Positions 22,462 to 35,330 are shown, counted from the whole stretch's first letter. The stretch is DNA of 63,841 nt, filler included, from Olpidium bornovanus S191 (GCA_017911155.1; 36 parts of 36 records of this genome joined end to end with filler, not necessarily neighbours in it); one strand, 5' to 3'. Translations and numbers: made by a program. Notes: generated from the sequence alone by a model not told the origin.

Positions 22462-22639
22462 GCCGCACGACTGCTGTCGAGCTCGCCGTCGCTGTCAGCT
22501 GAACGCAGCCGCCGACTTCACCGCGCCCGAATGCCGTCATCACTCCTAAGGATGACGTCGGCGGCAGTGATGACAGCAGGCCGAATGCCGGTCGCCTAAG
22601 GGTTTGACAGATTCAGCTTTCGAGCCTGAATCCGTACTC

Positions 22640-23200
22640 GTTTTTTTGGGTTTTTTTATTTTTGATTTTTGATTTTTGATTTTTAATTTAATTTCTGATT
22701 TTGAATTTTAGATTTTGAATCTTTATTTTTGATCTTGATATTTGATTTCCAATTTCTGATTTTTGATTTTGATTTTGATTTTTGGTTTTTGATTTTTGAT
22801 TTTTGATTTTTGATTTTTGATTTTTGATTTTTGATTTTTGATTTTTGATTTTTGATTTTTGACTTTTGATTTTTGATTTTTGATTTTTGATTTTTGATTT
22901 TTGATTTTTGATTTTTGATTTTTGATTTTTGATTTTTGATTTCTGATTTGTGATTTTTGATTTTTGATTTTTGACTTTTGATTTTTGATTTTTGATTTTT
23001 GATTTTTGATTTTTGACTTTCGGTTGTTTTTATTTTTTATTTTTGAATTTATTTTTTGATTTATGTTGATTTTGATATTTGATTTTTGGTTTTGATTGGT
23101 TTTTAATTTTTGCTTTTTGATTTTCAGCTTTAGATTTTTGATTTTGATACGTTTAATCTTTGATATTTAATTTTTGATTTTTTTGATTTTGATTTTTTTT
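22640..23200. repeat. AT-rich, strand-biased (GATTTTT)n minisatellite, about 560 bp
   Basis: Perfect 7-mer core at about 22790-23015 with degenerate GATTTT flanks. Confidence 0.95.
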
Positions 23201-23330
23201 GTTACGCTTCGAACCGGGGACGTCCCCGTCTGCCCAGCGCGCGAGATCGAAGTTGGTGGCTAGGGATAACGTGAAATATTTGACGCTAGCCGAATAAGTT
23301 GATGGGGCTTGAATTCAGACTAAGCTCGAC

Positions 23331-23387
23331 GGCAGGCGCAGCCTCAACGGCAGGCGCAGCCTCAACGGCAGGCGCAGCCTCAACGGA
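23331..23387. repeat. 18-bp tandem repeat (GGCAGGCGCAGCCTCAAC) x3
   Basis: Read directly. Confidence 0.9.
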
Positions 23388-26300
23388 GAACTCCCGCAAC
23401 CCGTTCCGTGCAGTTTCCCTGCTGGGCCGTAATTTTTTTTCTCGGTTTACGCTCAGTCCGTTGCTCTTTTTTTTCTGTTTTCTTCTTCCTTTTTCTCCCG
23501 TTGCCATGTGGAGGTCATGCGTTCGTCGGCGTGTGGCGCGTTTGTGAGTACACTGACGCAGAGGCCACCCAGGAGGCGACCGCGCTCCACCAACGCGCGT
23601 CACTCTGCACGGAGGCGGCGCTGGACGAACCTCCGGTGGTGAGCGGTTGGGGAAGACTAGGGAGAAACGGACCGTAGTGACCCCCACCTGCTTCTCTTTC
23701 CCTCACGTCTGCCCGTGTTTCCCGGGATTTTCGTTCGAGCGCTCGAAACCGCCCTACGGTTCGCGTGTATGTACAAATGCTCGGCGAATGAATATCCTAT
23801 CTACAATGTTGAGGCAAAGGAATAAACGAGCTGTAGGGACTGTTTCCGAAGCTACCTCCTGCGCAAACTGCGTGGGGCTTCGTATCGCACTGTATCAGCC
23901 GCTCCAACATCGTCGGCCGCTCCTATAACGTCCGCCGCNNNNNNNNNNNNNNNNNNNNNNNNNNNNNNNNNNNNNNNNNNNNTTAATTAATTAANNNNNN
24001 NNNNNNNNNNNNNNNNNNNNNNNNNNNNNNNNNNNNNNACATGGTTTTTATTGGCTATGATAATCCATTTCCCATTTAGCTCTACTTGCTGTTGGAAAGC
24101 AAAACTACAGCGAAATTGGACGAAGGCATACCGTTGGAACAAATCTCTTGTGATCGGTGGGCAAAAACAATGTTGCACCACTACGATCTCCCTGACTGTT
24201 TGTGTTCTTTGACGTACTTGGACAAAAGAATAACTTACCAATTCTACTTTTTTCACCAGTCGTGACAGCTCTGCGTTGCTTATCCACGACACGCCGGATA
24301 GCTCCTTCCAAGCTAGGTCCGTTTAGTTTGCCTAAACGCTAGTGAAACCGTCCTTATTTGTAAGGTAATGACGGTTTAACAAGTCGTAGTAGGCGACATA
24401 GACAAATTAGATTACCCAAAATAGAGATGGCTGAACTAGCTTTGTGGCCCCGCTTGCTCGTTCTCTTCTTCAGCGGACCAGCACTGCAGGTTGATCATCT
24501 TTCTTAGGTTCGTCACGTGTTCAATATTTGGTAGCTTATGACACACCGGAACAAGGATTTTCTACCGGTCTCATTCGAAACTTCTCACCCACCCTGGCGC
24601 ATCCTGACTCCTTGCTTGTTGTTTGCTATGGCCATGGCGTAAAATCTACCATGTCAGACGAGGTTTTCGCTTGCTTGTGTACAGACAAAAAGGAGAAGGA
24701 CGGCAGCTTTTCTCGGGTGTTCAACCGCTCACGGCTCAACTGCAAAAACAGGATGAACGGAGGCGCCAATGGGGACTGGTGGGGGGGGGGGGGAGGGGGG
24801 GGGGGGGGGGGGGATGACGGAGGTAACGGCAAACTACTTGTAGGGTTTGACGCCGAGGTGTTTGGGGGTGATCGGGGGGCGGGGAGCTTTGTTCGTCTAG
24901 CGTGCAGGGTGATTGGGGTCGGCGTGTTTTGGGAGGGTTTCGAGCGGCCATCGTTCCATACCGCGATTCTCTCTGGTAGCGCGTGGATTGATCAAAGAAG
25001 GGCGCGAACACGCCGAGTCGAAGCCCGAAAACGACAGGAGATTTCGAGTCTGCGACCCGAAATATCGAATGCACGAGTTGAATCATTGTCTCCCAACTTG
25101 TCAGCGCGTCTTCGGATAGTCTCATCTTCTCCCTGAATTGTCGCGCGTGTCACCAGAGTTGATTTGCCTTTCCTGTTTCGCGGCATTTTGCTCTGATGTT
25201 GGCTTTGTCCTCTCGTCTTCGATCGCGTGGCGCCGCCTTGGATTTGTGATGTATGGTTTTTCTTCCCATGCCAGCAGGACATCAAAGATTTTGCAGCTTG
25301 GAAGTATACCGCCGAGAACGCTTTGGGCAGCCACGGAAGATCAAGCCGAAGCGGGAGCGCGTATGTGGAAGCAATCGGCATTAGGTGTGGCAACAAAGCA
25401 CGGGAATCTCTCCACAAGAAAAAAGTTGGTGTGTGAGCATGAAATCACTTTTCAGGCACTAAGAAACGAGGGCAGGGCGCATAATTGAAGGGAGAGAAAC
25501 GCGTCCGACAAAATTTTGCGTTCGCCTCCGCCGGGTGGTTCGCTCGCTGCGGCTTTCTTCCCTGACCCCCTCCTCCCCTCTTCCTCCCCCCAGCCCCCTT
25601 ACCCTCCCCCCTGCTCTCACCCCCCCTCCCCGTCTTCCGACTCGCAGGGAGGACACCAGCAGCGCTTTCGTCTTCCAGNNNNNNNNNNNNNNNNNNNNNN
25701 NNNNNNNNNNNNNNNNNNNNNNTTAATTAATTAANNNNNNNNNNNNNNNNNNNNNNNNNNNNNNNNNNNNNNNNNNNNCATGATTGGAAAGCTTCGTACG
25801 CACTCACCGTCATATATGGTAGGAAAATTATTTACGAGTTCATTCCACCGCGGGTTTCTTATACGCAGGAGAGTTGTTTCCCAACAAACCCGCATTTTCG
25901 AAAGCCTCTCGACTTTGATCAATGACGAATCAATTCGGTGCAGTCTTACCCGGCCAACAAATCTTTAAGCAACCTTCAGGCACTGCACGGTTTGCCCACT
26001 TTCTTGACTTTTTCGTTACTGACGTTTCTGCCGCTACAATACTAATATCCGTCATCAAAAAGAATTCGAAGGGGGCTAATTGGCGCGCATGGAAAACTTC
26101 TTTACTCGATGCGTGGGACTGGTCGAACGACGGGGACGTCAAAGTGTTGACCTTGGACATTATCGCGAATTAGGCCATTCGTCGCGGCTATGTTGGACAA
26201 GCCGCGGCTGACGGCGACGGCGGCTTCGATTATGGTCAAGGCGGGGTGTTGCGCAGTGCGCGCCGCAGATTTTTTTTTTTGTTTTTGGACAGAAAGGGCG

Positions 26301-26519
26301 TGGACTTGGCACGGCACGCGCACGTGACTACCGCGTGACCGCCAATCTTCGCCAGACTCGCGCTTGTCGCCGCGGGGCGAACAAAAACCTTCTCACCTCC
26401 ACACGGCGAAAATAACCGTCCGCGGCAGAAGCTGGGACGCTTTCGGTCCCAACCAGAAAGACTCCCGAGAAAGCCGGGCGCTGGCGCCTCTCGCCGCAGG
26501 GGCGCCCTCCGGCTGAGGG

Positions 26520-28173
26520 ATGAGCGCGCCGGTGACTGCGTCGCCGGCGGCAGCAGCAGCAGCAGCACGGCTCCCATTGCCTGCAGGAGCAGGACCAGAT
26601 GCGGCGCAACCCGGCGGCGCACCGCCGCTGGTGTTCGGATCGTTACGCGCCGCCGATCAGACGAACGCCGCAGCTAGCGAGGCGGTTGCTGCGACGACGC
26701 CCCTGTACGCGGCGGCGCCCGGAACGCCGGCGACGCCACCTCTCATAGCGGCCGGCTCAGCACCGGCGGCACCCCTGCCGCCTCCGAGGTCGACGTCTCT
26801 TTCCAAGCTGTCGACCCCGAAGGTCCCCAGTCCACCTTTGCCGAGCGGAACACCGTCCGCCGCGAATTCGCCTGTCGTTCATGCTCGACAATCCAGCTGC
26901 ACATCCCTGCACCATCGCGGTTCGCCGCCCACGTCGGGCCACCTGTTTTTCTCCTCTTCTCTTCCCCCGAGAACGAGTTCTGGCTCTAGCCCGGCGATGG
27001 TGACTTCCGATCACATGCTTCACCGCTCCGCAAAACCTTCGCTTGCCAGCCTCTTCCGGCAGCCCGAGGGTCTGGCCGCGGGCGGATATACGGCATCAGA
27101 CGACATGCCGCCCCTCTCGCCTCCTTCGTCGACCGGGCTTGCGTTGGCGCCGGCGCCTTCTCCCAAACGTCAGAACGAGATTATGCAGCGAATTCAGACT
27201 TCTCCTGTCATCCCCCGGCCGGACCCGCATCCCGGAAGTCACAAGGCTTCGCTCTCGGACGTCGTGGCTGCCGGTGCTGGTTTTGAAACCATCACGAGGC
27301 CGAGAACAGACAGTCACAAGGCTTCGCTTTCGGAAGTCGTGGATGCCGGCGCTGGCTTTGACACCATCACGAGGCCGAGAATAGACGCGCGCGCCACGGG
27401 CGGGGAAGCGTCTCTACCGTCATCTCTGTACCCCGCTCCGGCCGGTTCTGGAAAGTTTCCGCGACGACGACCATCGACCGCCTCCTCCGCCGTTTCCGTT
27501 GACACCGTCGAATCCCGTCACCAAGCCGGCGGCCACGCACAGGAGGCTCGAGCGACGGCCGGCGCGGGTGGCGGTTCTTTACGTCCGCCCCCCGGCGAAG
27601 CTGAGGAGCATACAGGCGCCCAGGTGACGGGAAGCCTCGTACCCCATCCGAACGCCGACAGCTCTCAAGGAAGCCTTGCAGTCGCTGGCAACGACCGCCG
27701 GAGGTCGCGGGTGCTGGTGGACGAATTTGGATTTCTTTTGTTGGATGAGTCACCTGACGCGGAAACCATTCCCGCGGAGACCGCGCGTGACCAAGAGGCG
27801 TTGCAGGCGTACCGTGACCGGGAATCAAAGTGGCTGGCCGTCATGAGCGGAATGGATGGCAAGGCAGCGAAGAAGAAACCGAAGGTGAGAGCCGGCCGGA
27901 CTCTCCCGGGAACAGTGTCGCCCCGAGCGTGGGGTTTGCTGGAGATTCCTGCAACGATCAAATACTTCGGCATAACGCGTACGACGTGTGCTTGGATCAA
28001 CGATAGCAATTGGGGCTTGATATGCTTTTTCGTCTCCTTACCCTTGTCACGTCATGATGGACTGCGGGCTCTAGGCTAAAAGCCTGATTCTTTTCAACCA
28101 GATTAAAAAACTTGTAAGACAAGGTATACCCGATTCATTGCGTGGCAAAGTCTGGATGTACCTTTCCGGTGCC
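26520..28173 (+). CDS. TBC-domain Rab GAP (TBC1D10/EPI64-like), 5' part
   Basis: Long Ser/Pro-rich N-terminus, VDEFGF...RDRESKWLAVM...KKKPK | exon 28102-28173 IKKLVRQGIPDSLRGKVWMYLSGA. Confidence 0.88.
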
Positions 28174-28664
28174 NNNNNNNNNNNNNNNNNNNNNNNNNNN
28201 NNNNNNNNNNNNNNNNNTTAATTAATTAANNNNNNNNNNNNNNNNNNNNNNNNNNNNNNNNNNNNNNNNNNNNGGGCCGAAGCGGAAAACTCATTCACCC
28301 CCTGACCCTTTCCCTCAGCGCGTACTCCGCACAAACAAAAACGCCGGAAAGGAAAAAAAAAAAAATAACAACACCGAAAACCACAGCACGCACACTCCTC
28401 CCCCCGCTACCCCACGCCGCCGAATCCGTCCGCCCGTTTTCCTCCCCGCGCCTGCCCCTTTTCTCCCTCCCCCCTTTCCCCCCTTCCCCCCCCTCCTTCC
28501 CCTCCCCCCCTTTCCCCCCTCGGGGGCCAAGCGACGCTGGGAGGGAAGCGCGACGCGAGTGCGAGAGCCCGAAAGTGGGGGCGGGAGGGGGGGGGAGGGT
28601 GGGGGGGAGGAAGTGCGCGGGCGCGGGTTGCGTGTGCACGCGAGCGGGAATCACCCTGCGTGTG

Positions 28665-29034
28665 ATGTCGCGCCGTCCCGCCGACGGCCAGCCGCCGCGC
28701 GGCCTGGCCGGCTCGTCCTCCGCGACGCTGGTCTTCCGCCGCTCGAGCGGGCACGCGGCTTCCCGCGCTTCCGCTTGTTCTCTTTCCTCTTCTCCTTCCT
28801 CTTCTTCGGCTCCGCGCAAGGGCGCCGCCGGACCCCCCCGGCGCCGCCGGCGGCCGGACGACGACGACGACGACGACGAGGAGGAGGACGCGCGATGCGG
28901 CCGGGAGGGCGGCGGCGCCGGCGGCGGCAGCGCCGGCAGTGCCGACGACGACCCCGCCCGCGCCGGCGCCGAGCCGCTCGTCGCCCTGCTGCGCGTCGGC
29001 GACGATGACAGAGTGGGGAGGCTGGACTTTGGTA

Positions 29035-29069
<35 letters not shown>

Positions 29070-29273
29070 TTCCCAATGTCTTTCCGCCCCCTTATTTCTT
29101 TTCTTTTTTTTCGGGGAGCCGTCCGATTGTCTTTTCCGAGTTTTCTAACTCCTCCTTCCCTTTCCCCCCCACCATTCCCCCCCGCGCCCCAGAGGCGACG
29201 GACGACGCCCTGCTGATCCTGAAGATCGCCGTCTTGACCTCGGCCATCACGTTCGTGCTCGCGTTCATGTACA
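28665..29273 (+). CDS. Membrane protein, 5' part (family unresolved)
   Basis: Exon to 29031 (GTATGT donor), then exon 29193-29273 in frame: EATDDALLILKIAVLTSAITFVLAFMY, a transmembrane-like segment. Confidence 0.5.
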
Positions 29274-29373
29274 NNNNNNNNNNNNNNNNNNNNNNNNNNN
29301 NNNNNNNNNNNNNNNNNTTAATTAATTAANNNNNNNNNNNNNNNNNNNNNNNNNNNNNNNNNNNNNNNNNNNN

Positions 29374-29677
29374 ATCTGCTTCAAAGGGTGATGCGGTCGT
29401 CGACAGAGGGCGGACAACGGCTCCAGGCAGTAGCAAGAAGGCCACGAAGCGGAAGGGAAAAGTCGGAGCGGCCGGCGAGGCGCCGCAGTTCATGCCGCCG
29501 GCTCCGGCCCCGGCGGGACCGTGGGAACGGCGGGCACGACGGAAAACGCCGACCGTCGACCACGGACCACAGTCGCAACCAAATTTGATTCCCGTCAAGG
29601 ACTTCAAGGAGCTGAAGAACATCTACAACAACGGCGTTCTGAGAAATTTTCTGGACGTGCTGCTCCCGGGGAGATGA
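29374..29677 (+). CDS. C-terminus of a DHHC palmitoyltransferase (Swf1/ZDHHC4-like)
   Basis: Ends ELKNIYNNGVLRNFLDVLLPGR*, the PaCCT-type motif (NIY..G...N...V); the DHHC domain is not on this contig. Confidence 0.6.
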
Positions 29678-30568
29678 CCCAAAGGGAGCTTTCACCGTCT
29701 TGGTCCAGAATGCCACTGGCGGGCGAGCGGATACACGAAATCAATTAAGCATACTCCGCACGCGTCGCGCAACCCTGCCCGTCTCGAAGTTCTACACGCT
29801 GCTGCCGGTTGGCCGGGCTGCGTATTCCCTATGAAAGCCACAACGACACCGTCTACAGCATGCGCTGCCGGTAGCGGCACCACGGTTGCCGCTTCCGTGC
29901 CACGCTTATTCGTGCGTCATTCGCAGGCGTGTCGGCATCAGCTCCTCAAAACTTAATCTCCGCGCAGTGCTTGCTCTCCGCCCTTACCGGGTAATTCCAC
30001 CGGCTTGCGCCGGAACCTTTTTTCCCATGTAGGTCTGGCGACCACACCTATCGGTTTGGTTTATTCGCTGTGCGCCGCAGCAGGCGGGGCCCTACCACCC
30101 CTCTGACCCCTAGCAGACCGCAGGAAGCTGAAGTTGCTGCCTTTGTACCATTCACCAAAGCAAACTTAGGGCTGAATACAAAAGAGACGAAGAGATTTTG
30201 CCCACGGTTGAACTGGCTGCTGCAAAGCTCGCGTCCTATTGTCAATTGGTTCCAACTAGGCTAGCCCGCCTTTTACCCAGTTCTTGGTGAGGTCGCTGCC
30301 GGGGCGGCGCGAGCTCGAAGAGCCGCCTCTGACAGAGACGTCGGACCGCGCTTGTGCGGTATAGCAACAGCCGTTGTTCGAACTCCTGCCTTCCGAAAAC
30401 GAGATTGTTGTGAGAAAAGAAAAATGTCCGTCGTTAAAGCCAAATCGCGCCGTTGATCAACACACATGNNNNNNNNNNNNNNNNNNNNNNNNNNNNNNNN
30501 NNNNNNNNNNNNTTAATTAATTAANNNNNNNNNNNNNNNNNNNNNNNNNNNNNNNNNNNNNNNNNNNN

Positions 30569-31305
30569 CGCATGCACTTCTCGACGTCGACGGCGTGAGC
30601 TTCCATCACGAACCCGAAAGCGCCTTCGCCGATGATGTCGCCGAGGGCGAATATGTCGTCGAAGTGGGGGTCGATCCTCCAGTTTTTCAGGAAGAACTGC
30701 TCGGCGTCGTGGAACCTTTCGCGGGCGACCCTGGCGTCAAACTCGGCGGTGGTCTCGTTGGGGAGCCGCCCGAAACCGAAGACGGCGGCCGGCGGCACGC
30801 CCTGTCCCTCCTCCGGCGCGATCTCGGCTCCCGAGGGCGGGCGCGACCGCGGCGGCTCCTCCTCCTCCGGGCCGGCCTCCGGAACCGCCTGCTCGGGAGG
30901 CGAGGCGGCCGCCTCCGGCGTCTCCCCGTCGTCCGCCTGATCGTCCGGGCGATCGTCGGGACAGTCGTCCTCCTCCTCCTCCGGCCGACCGTCCGCCGGC
31001 TCGCCGGGCTGCTCGTCCGGGAGCTCGGCCGGCGGCGATTCTTCGGGGCCGGGAGGCGGGTCCTCCCCGGCCGGAACCGGAAGCTGAATGTCGGGCGGCC
31101 GGTCCTCGCCGCCGCCGCGGTTGCCTCCCTGTTCGGCCTCGGCGGGCTTCGGATGCTTCCACGCGGCGTTTCCCAAGCAGCCGAGCGGCGCCAGTCCGGC
31201 CACGCGCGATCTGACGGAAACCGGCGAAGGGGAATAGCTGCAGGAAGGGTCATCGACCGCGGGCCTGCGCAAGGCTCTGGGGTCGAATGATTGCGTGCAC
31301 GACGG
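30569..31305 (-). CDS. Ser/Thr protein kinase, N-terminal region and Gly-rich loop (PASK/PIM-like)
   Basis: FDDIFALGDIIGEGAFGFVMEA following a Pro/acidic region; truncated by gap. Confidence 0.75.
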
Positions 31306-32699
31306 CTGCAAAACGTAATCAACCGTCAGCGGGGCTCTGCAGCCGGGAAAAAAAAAAAAAAACCTTCCGGGCAGCGCCCCGTAAGGATGGGGTTACCTAC
31401 CGGAGACGCTTCGCTCTGATTGGAGGGGGGTGTTTCGTTCTGGCCGTTTTCGGATCCCTGAAATGCCAGGAACCGGGCGCGGGGATGTCAGAAATTTGGC
31501 CCAACTACTCCCGCAATTTGCTCCCCATCAATCTCGCCTCACCTGCGGTGACACGTCTCCGAACTGCGGCGCACGGCGAAGGTCTGTTAGGAAAAGGCGG
31601 TCGCGGAAATGCCGAGAAAAGAAAACTTCGTTCGATCAAACTTAACCGGATTTGCCGCTCCGTCGTTGCGGCGATGCTGAGATCGGTGGAAGTGGGGGGG
31701 GGAGGGAATTCGGTGGTAGACAGGGTTAATAAGAGTTTTCGCGAAACAGCCGGGCCAGAGGAGGCGGGTAACGCGTACCAGACCGGCGTGGGATTCGCTG
31801 AAACTCCGGCGTTCATGCTACGCCGCGCGGTCGAAACAGAAATTTGAGTGGCCCCGGCCTTGGGGGAAACGACGTCGGTTAAAGGAGCACACCGCTTACC
31901 ATCCTGGACCGGACAATCCTGGCTCCGCTCTGAAGGAACGCACAAAAATTCTGTCAGGCTCGTTACCGAGATCATGACATTTCAAGGCGAAAAGGGGTTA
32001 TACGCTTACTGCAGCGAGCGGCTTCGGATTGGAAGACTTGAAGTTGACATTGAGCAAATCGGAGCGCGTCAGTAACAATCCGAGCATCTGGCANNNNNNN
32101 NNNNNNNNNNNNNNNNNNNNNNNNNNNNNNNNNNNNNTTAATTAATTAANNNNNNNNNNNNNNNNNNNNNNNNNNNNNNNNNNNNNNNNNNNNAAAAAAA
32201 AAAAAAAAAGAGAAAAAACCTCCCCGCCGGGCGGTCGGGTCACGTGCCGCGCGCTTTCGGCTCGGCTCGGCTCCTCCCCCCCCCCCCTTCCCCCCCCCCC
32301 GGGTTTCGGCCCCTCCCGCGACGCCAAACCCACCGTCCCGCGCCCCGCCGGAAGCGCCGCCGCACACTACCCAACCATCAGCCGCCGCCGCCGCCGCCGC
32401 CGCCGCTCTGCCCGCCCGTCGTACACTCCCACGCCTCGACGAAATCGTCAGGTGCTCCGAACAGCTTCCCGCGTGCGGAGGCCGTGGCCCTGGGGTAACC
32501 GAGCGCGAGCATTTACCGCGCGCGTGAACGCCCTTCCCCCCCCCCCCCCCCCCCCCCCCCCCCACGCCCCGCCCCTACGTCCCGTCGGTTTGCCAGGGCA
32601 CCACCCGGTTTCCGCGTGGGGTGGGAGGAGAAGCGGGCGGGGCGGCCTTTTTGGTTCGAAAGAGAATCGCCGGCGTTTGCACGGCCAGCGGACGCAGCT

Positions 32700-33397
32700 A
32701 TGGGCAAAGAAAAGAACAAGCTGGAGACGTGGGGTTCGTATTTGCCGGAAGCCCCTTTATGCGAGCCCGCTCGCGGGCCTCATCCATTTCGCGTTACCTT
32801 GGCTTCGGTTTCCCGCTCCTCCGCCTGCGCCGCGTCCTGGTCTTTTTCCTTTCCGCCCGCCACCCCTCCCCCTTCCCGGTGTGATTGTGTGCTCTTTCGC
32901 GTGTTTCGCCTCAGTTGTGGTTACTGAAATAGGTCGTGTTTGGCGGTGAGGTTTCCTGGGGAAGACCGAACAACTAGTTCGTAAAACTTAGTTCGTAGGC
33001 CCTCCGTCTGGCTTTTTGCTACGGAGACTCGCGATTGGTCCCCCTCGTTGGTCCCAGTACGCGACCTCTGACCCTATTTTGCTGCGCCTTCGTTCAACTT
33101 GCAGGCAACGAGACCACGATGAACCTTAACCCGATAGTTCATCAAAACGTTCAAGCCTCGTTGTATTTCAAGAGCCTCTAGTGAGTAACGAGGCGCTTGT
33201 CGTGCGTCGTGTTAGTCAGGCTCGCAGACTCCTGTTAACAACCCTGTGTTTCACGTTAGTGAGAAACGCACTTTCCATGAGGTGCTCCAGGAGGTCAAGA
33301 ACCACGGTAAGCACCGTTGTATGCCTTGTCGGGAATGCAGGTCAACGTTTCGCGGTAACTTGACTTATTTGTTTCTTATATCCAGTCACGAATTTGG
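32700..33397 (+). CDS. PRPF38B: Pre-mRNA splicing factor 38B-type, 5' exons
   Basis: Spliced MGKEKNKLETWG|NETTMNLNPIVHQNVQASLYFKSL|YEKRTFHEVLQEVKNH|VTNL matches PRP38B WGNEKTMNLNP..NI..S.YFK..LYELKT.HEVVDE. Confidence 0.85.
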
Positions 33398-33547
33398 GTG
33401 CGTTCATAGCTTAAAGCTTATCAAGCTCGCGCTTCATGNNNNNNNNNNNNNNNNNNNNNNNNNNNNNNNNNNNNNNNNNNNNTTAATTAATTAANNNNNN
33501 NNNNNNNNNNNNNNNNNNNNNNNNNNNNNNNNNNNNNNCGCCTTCCC

Positions 33548-33584
<37 letters not shown>

Positions 33585-33724
33585 CGCCTCGCCACCGTCA
33601 CTTCCGGCCGATGACTCTGCTGCCCCCTGCCGAAGCTGCGCCACCCGCTCATGCAGGGAGATCGCGGTCAACCCTTCCCGCCTCTGCCCCTGATTTCCGA
33701 CCTCAACTCATATTTGCGAAACAG

Positions 33725-35061
33725 AGAAAGCAGGGGTGTCCAAGCAGAGGCAATCCGCAAGGGACAAGCTCAAGGGCCTTAAACAGCACCATTTCCAGGA
33801 GTTGAGCACGGACGTGTACGATGAGATGAGCAGGAGGTTGCTGGACTCGCCAGATGGTGAGCGCAGTTGCTTAGTACCCCGCGCTTTTTGCTAGGGAAAA
33901 TTTATGACTTTTCCCCCTTTCCCCACGAGTTCTTGATCACTGCTGGCTTACGATCCCGCTTCATGGTTTGCCCGGCGTGCACTTTGACATGTACCCTGAT
34001 ATGTTCTGTTGGATCCGCGCCTTCCTCCCCCCACACACATTGGTTTCAGTCCCCTTCCTTCCGGTCCGAGACGACTTTCACCCGAAGCGAAACCAGGCCC
34101 GGCAGAAGCTGGCCACCCTTCAAACGAGCCGGTATAAGGACCTCGCGTCCGACGTGTTCTCCGAATTGCTGCGCCGTTATCCGGACGTCGTGCCAAAAAC
34201 GGATCAGCCAGAGGATCATTGGATTAGCGACGAAGACGGCGTTCGTTGGGGCGGTGACACGACCCTGGTGGACGCGCGTGACAAGGAGGCGGGGTCCCGA
34301 CCGCGTCCCAGCATTGACGGCGAGCGCTCCCAGGACCAGCAGAGACGCCCGTCGGAATCGAAGGGTGGATATGCTCAACAACAATCGCCCGGATCTGCGC
34401 TCTCGCCTGCGCCCCCTCTCTCCACCGGTTCGACCCCGTTATCCCCGGCGGCGATTTATAGCGTTAATTCGCTGATGGATCATCCGCAGTCTGCTGGAGC
34501 GGCCGTGCGCCGTGGGTCCGAGACGGTGACGACGACCATCTTCCCGCATCAGCAGTCAGCCACTGTGCTGCCCCAAACCTATACTGTGCAGAACAGCTAC
34601 GATGAGCCCGCCGATCTGCCTGGCGACAGATGGCTTGGATCATTGTCGGCGAAGGATTTATCTGCGGCGGACGAGTACCCTGCCACGGAGGGCTTGTTGG
34701 ACACACGCAGAAACGTGGGCCAGGCGGGCAGCAAGGCCGAGCGGTTGACAAAACCGCCAACACTGCGCGTCGACGCGCTTATCAGCAGCACCACTGCCGC
34801 AGGGAATGTGGCAATCCCGGAGCCTGCCGTGCAGCAGAAAGGATTGTCGGCAGGGGTGGCGAGGGAGCAGCCTCTTTCAAAAACGGGCGTGGCAGATTTT
34901 TGGAACGATTCCGAGGTCAATCTTGCCGACATTGACTCCCTCATGGCTGACCTCGGCGAGGCGATCCGCGGCGAGAAACTGGCGAAGGAGGGGCAAGTTG
35001 TTTCCCCAAATAGTCGGTCCGCCGCATCCCCTCAGCAGCAGCAGCGAGTCTTCAAAGATTC
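33725..35061 (+). CDS. SPA2: Spa2/GIT-homology (SHD) polarity scaffold protein, partial
   Basis: Two SHD repeats: ARDKLKGLKQHHFQELSTDVYDEMSRR | VPFLPVRDDFHPKRNQARQKLATL..RYKDLASDVFSELLRRYP. Confidence 0.88.
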
Positions 35062-35330
35062 NNNNNNNNNNNNNNNNNNNNNNNNNNNNNNNNNNNNNNN
35101 NNNNNTTAATTAATTAANNNNNNNNNNNNNNNNNNNNNNNNNNNNNNNNNNNNNNNNNNNNACCCCCCCCCCCCCCCCCCCCCTCCCCCTTCCCCCCCAC
35201 CTCCCTCCCTTCCCCACCTGCCCCCTCGGCCTCCCACACACGACGTTCTACTCCACCTGTAAAGCGGGGGGCCATTCGGAAGGCTCCGCGGCGGCCGCTT
35301 CCTTCCCCGCGTCGATCACGCGTTCTTTTT

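Noticed and set aside
23215-23263. Helitron 3' end (palindrome plus CTAG)
   Set aside because: The CTAG lies about 30 bp from the hairpin, farther than typical, and no matching 5' TC end or Rep/Hel sequence is seen.
30595-31290. 231-aa plus-strand ORF
   Set aside because: Antisense shadow of the minus-strand kinase exon.
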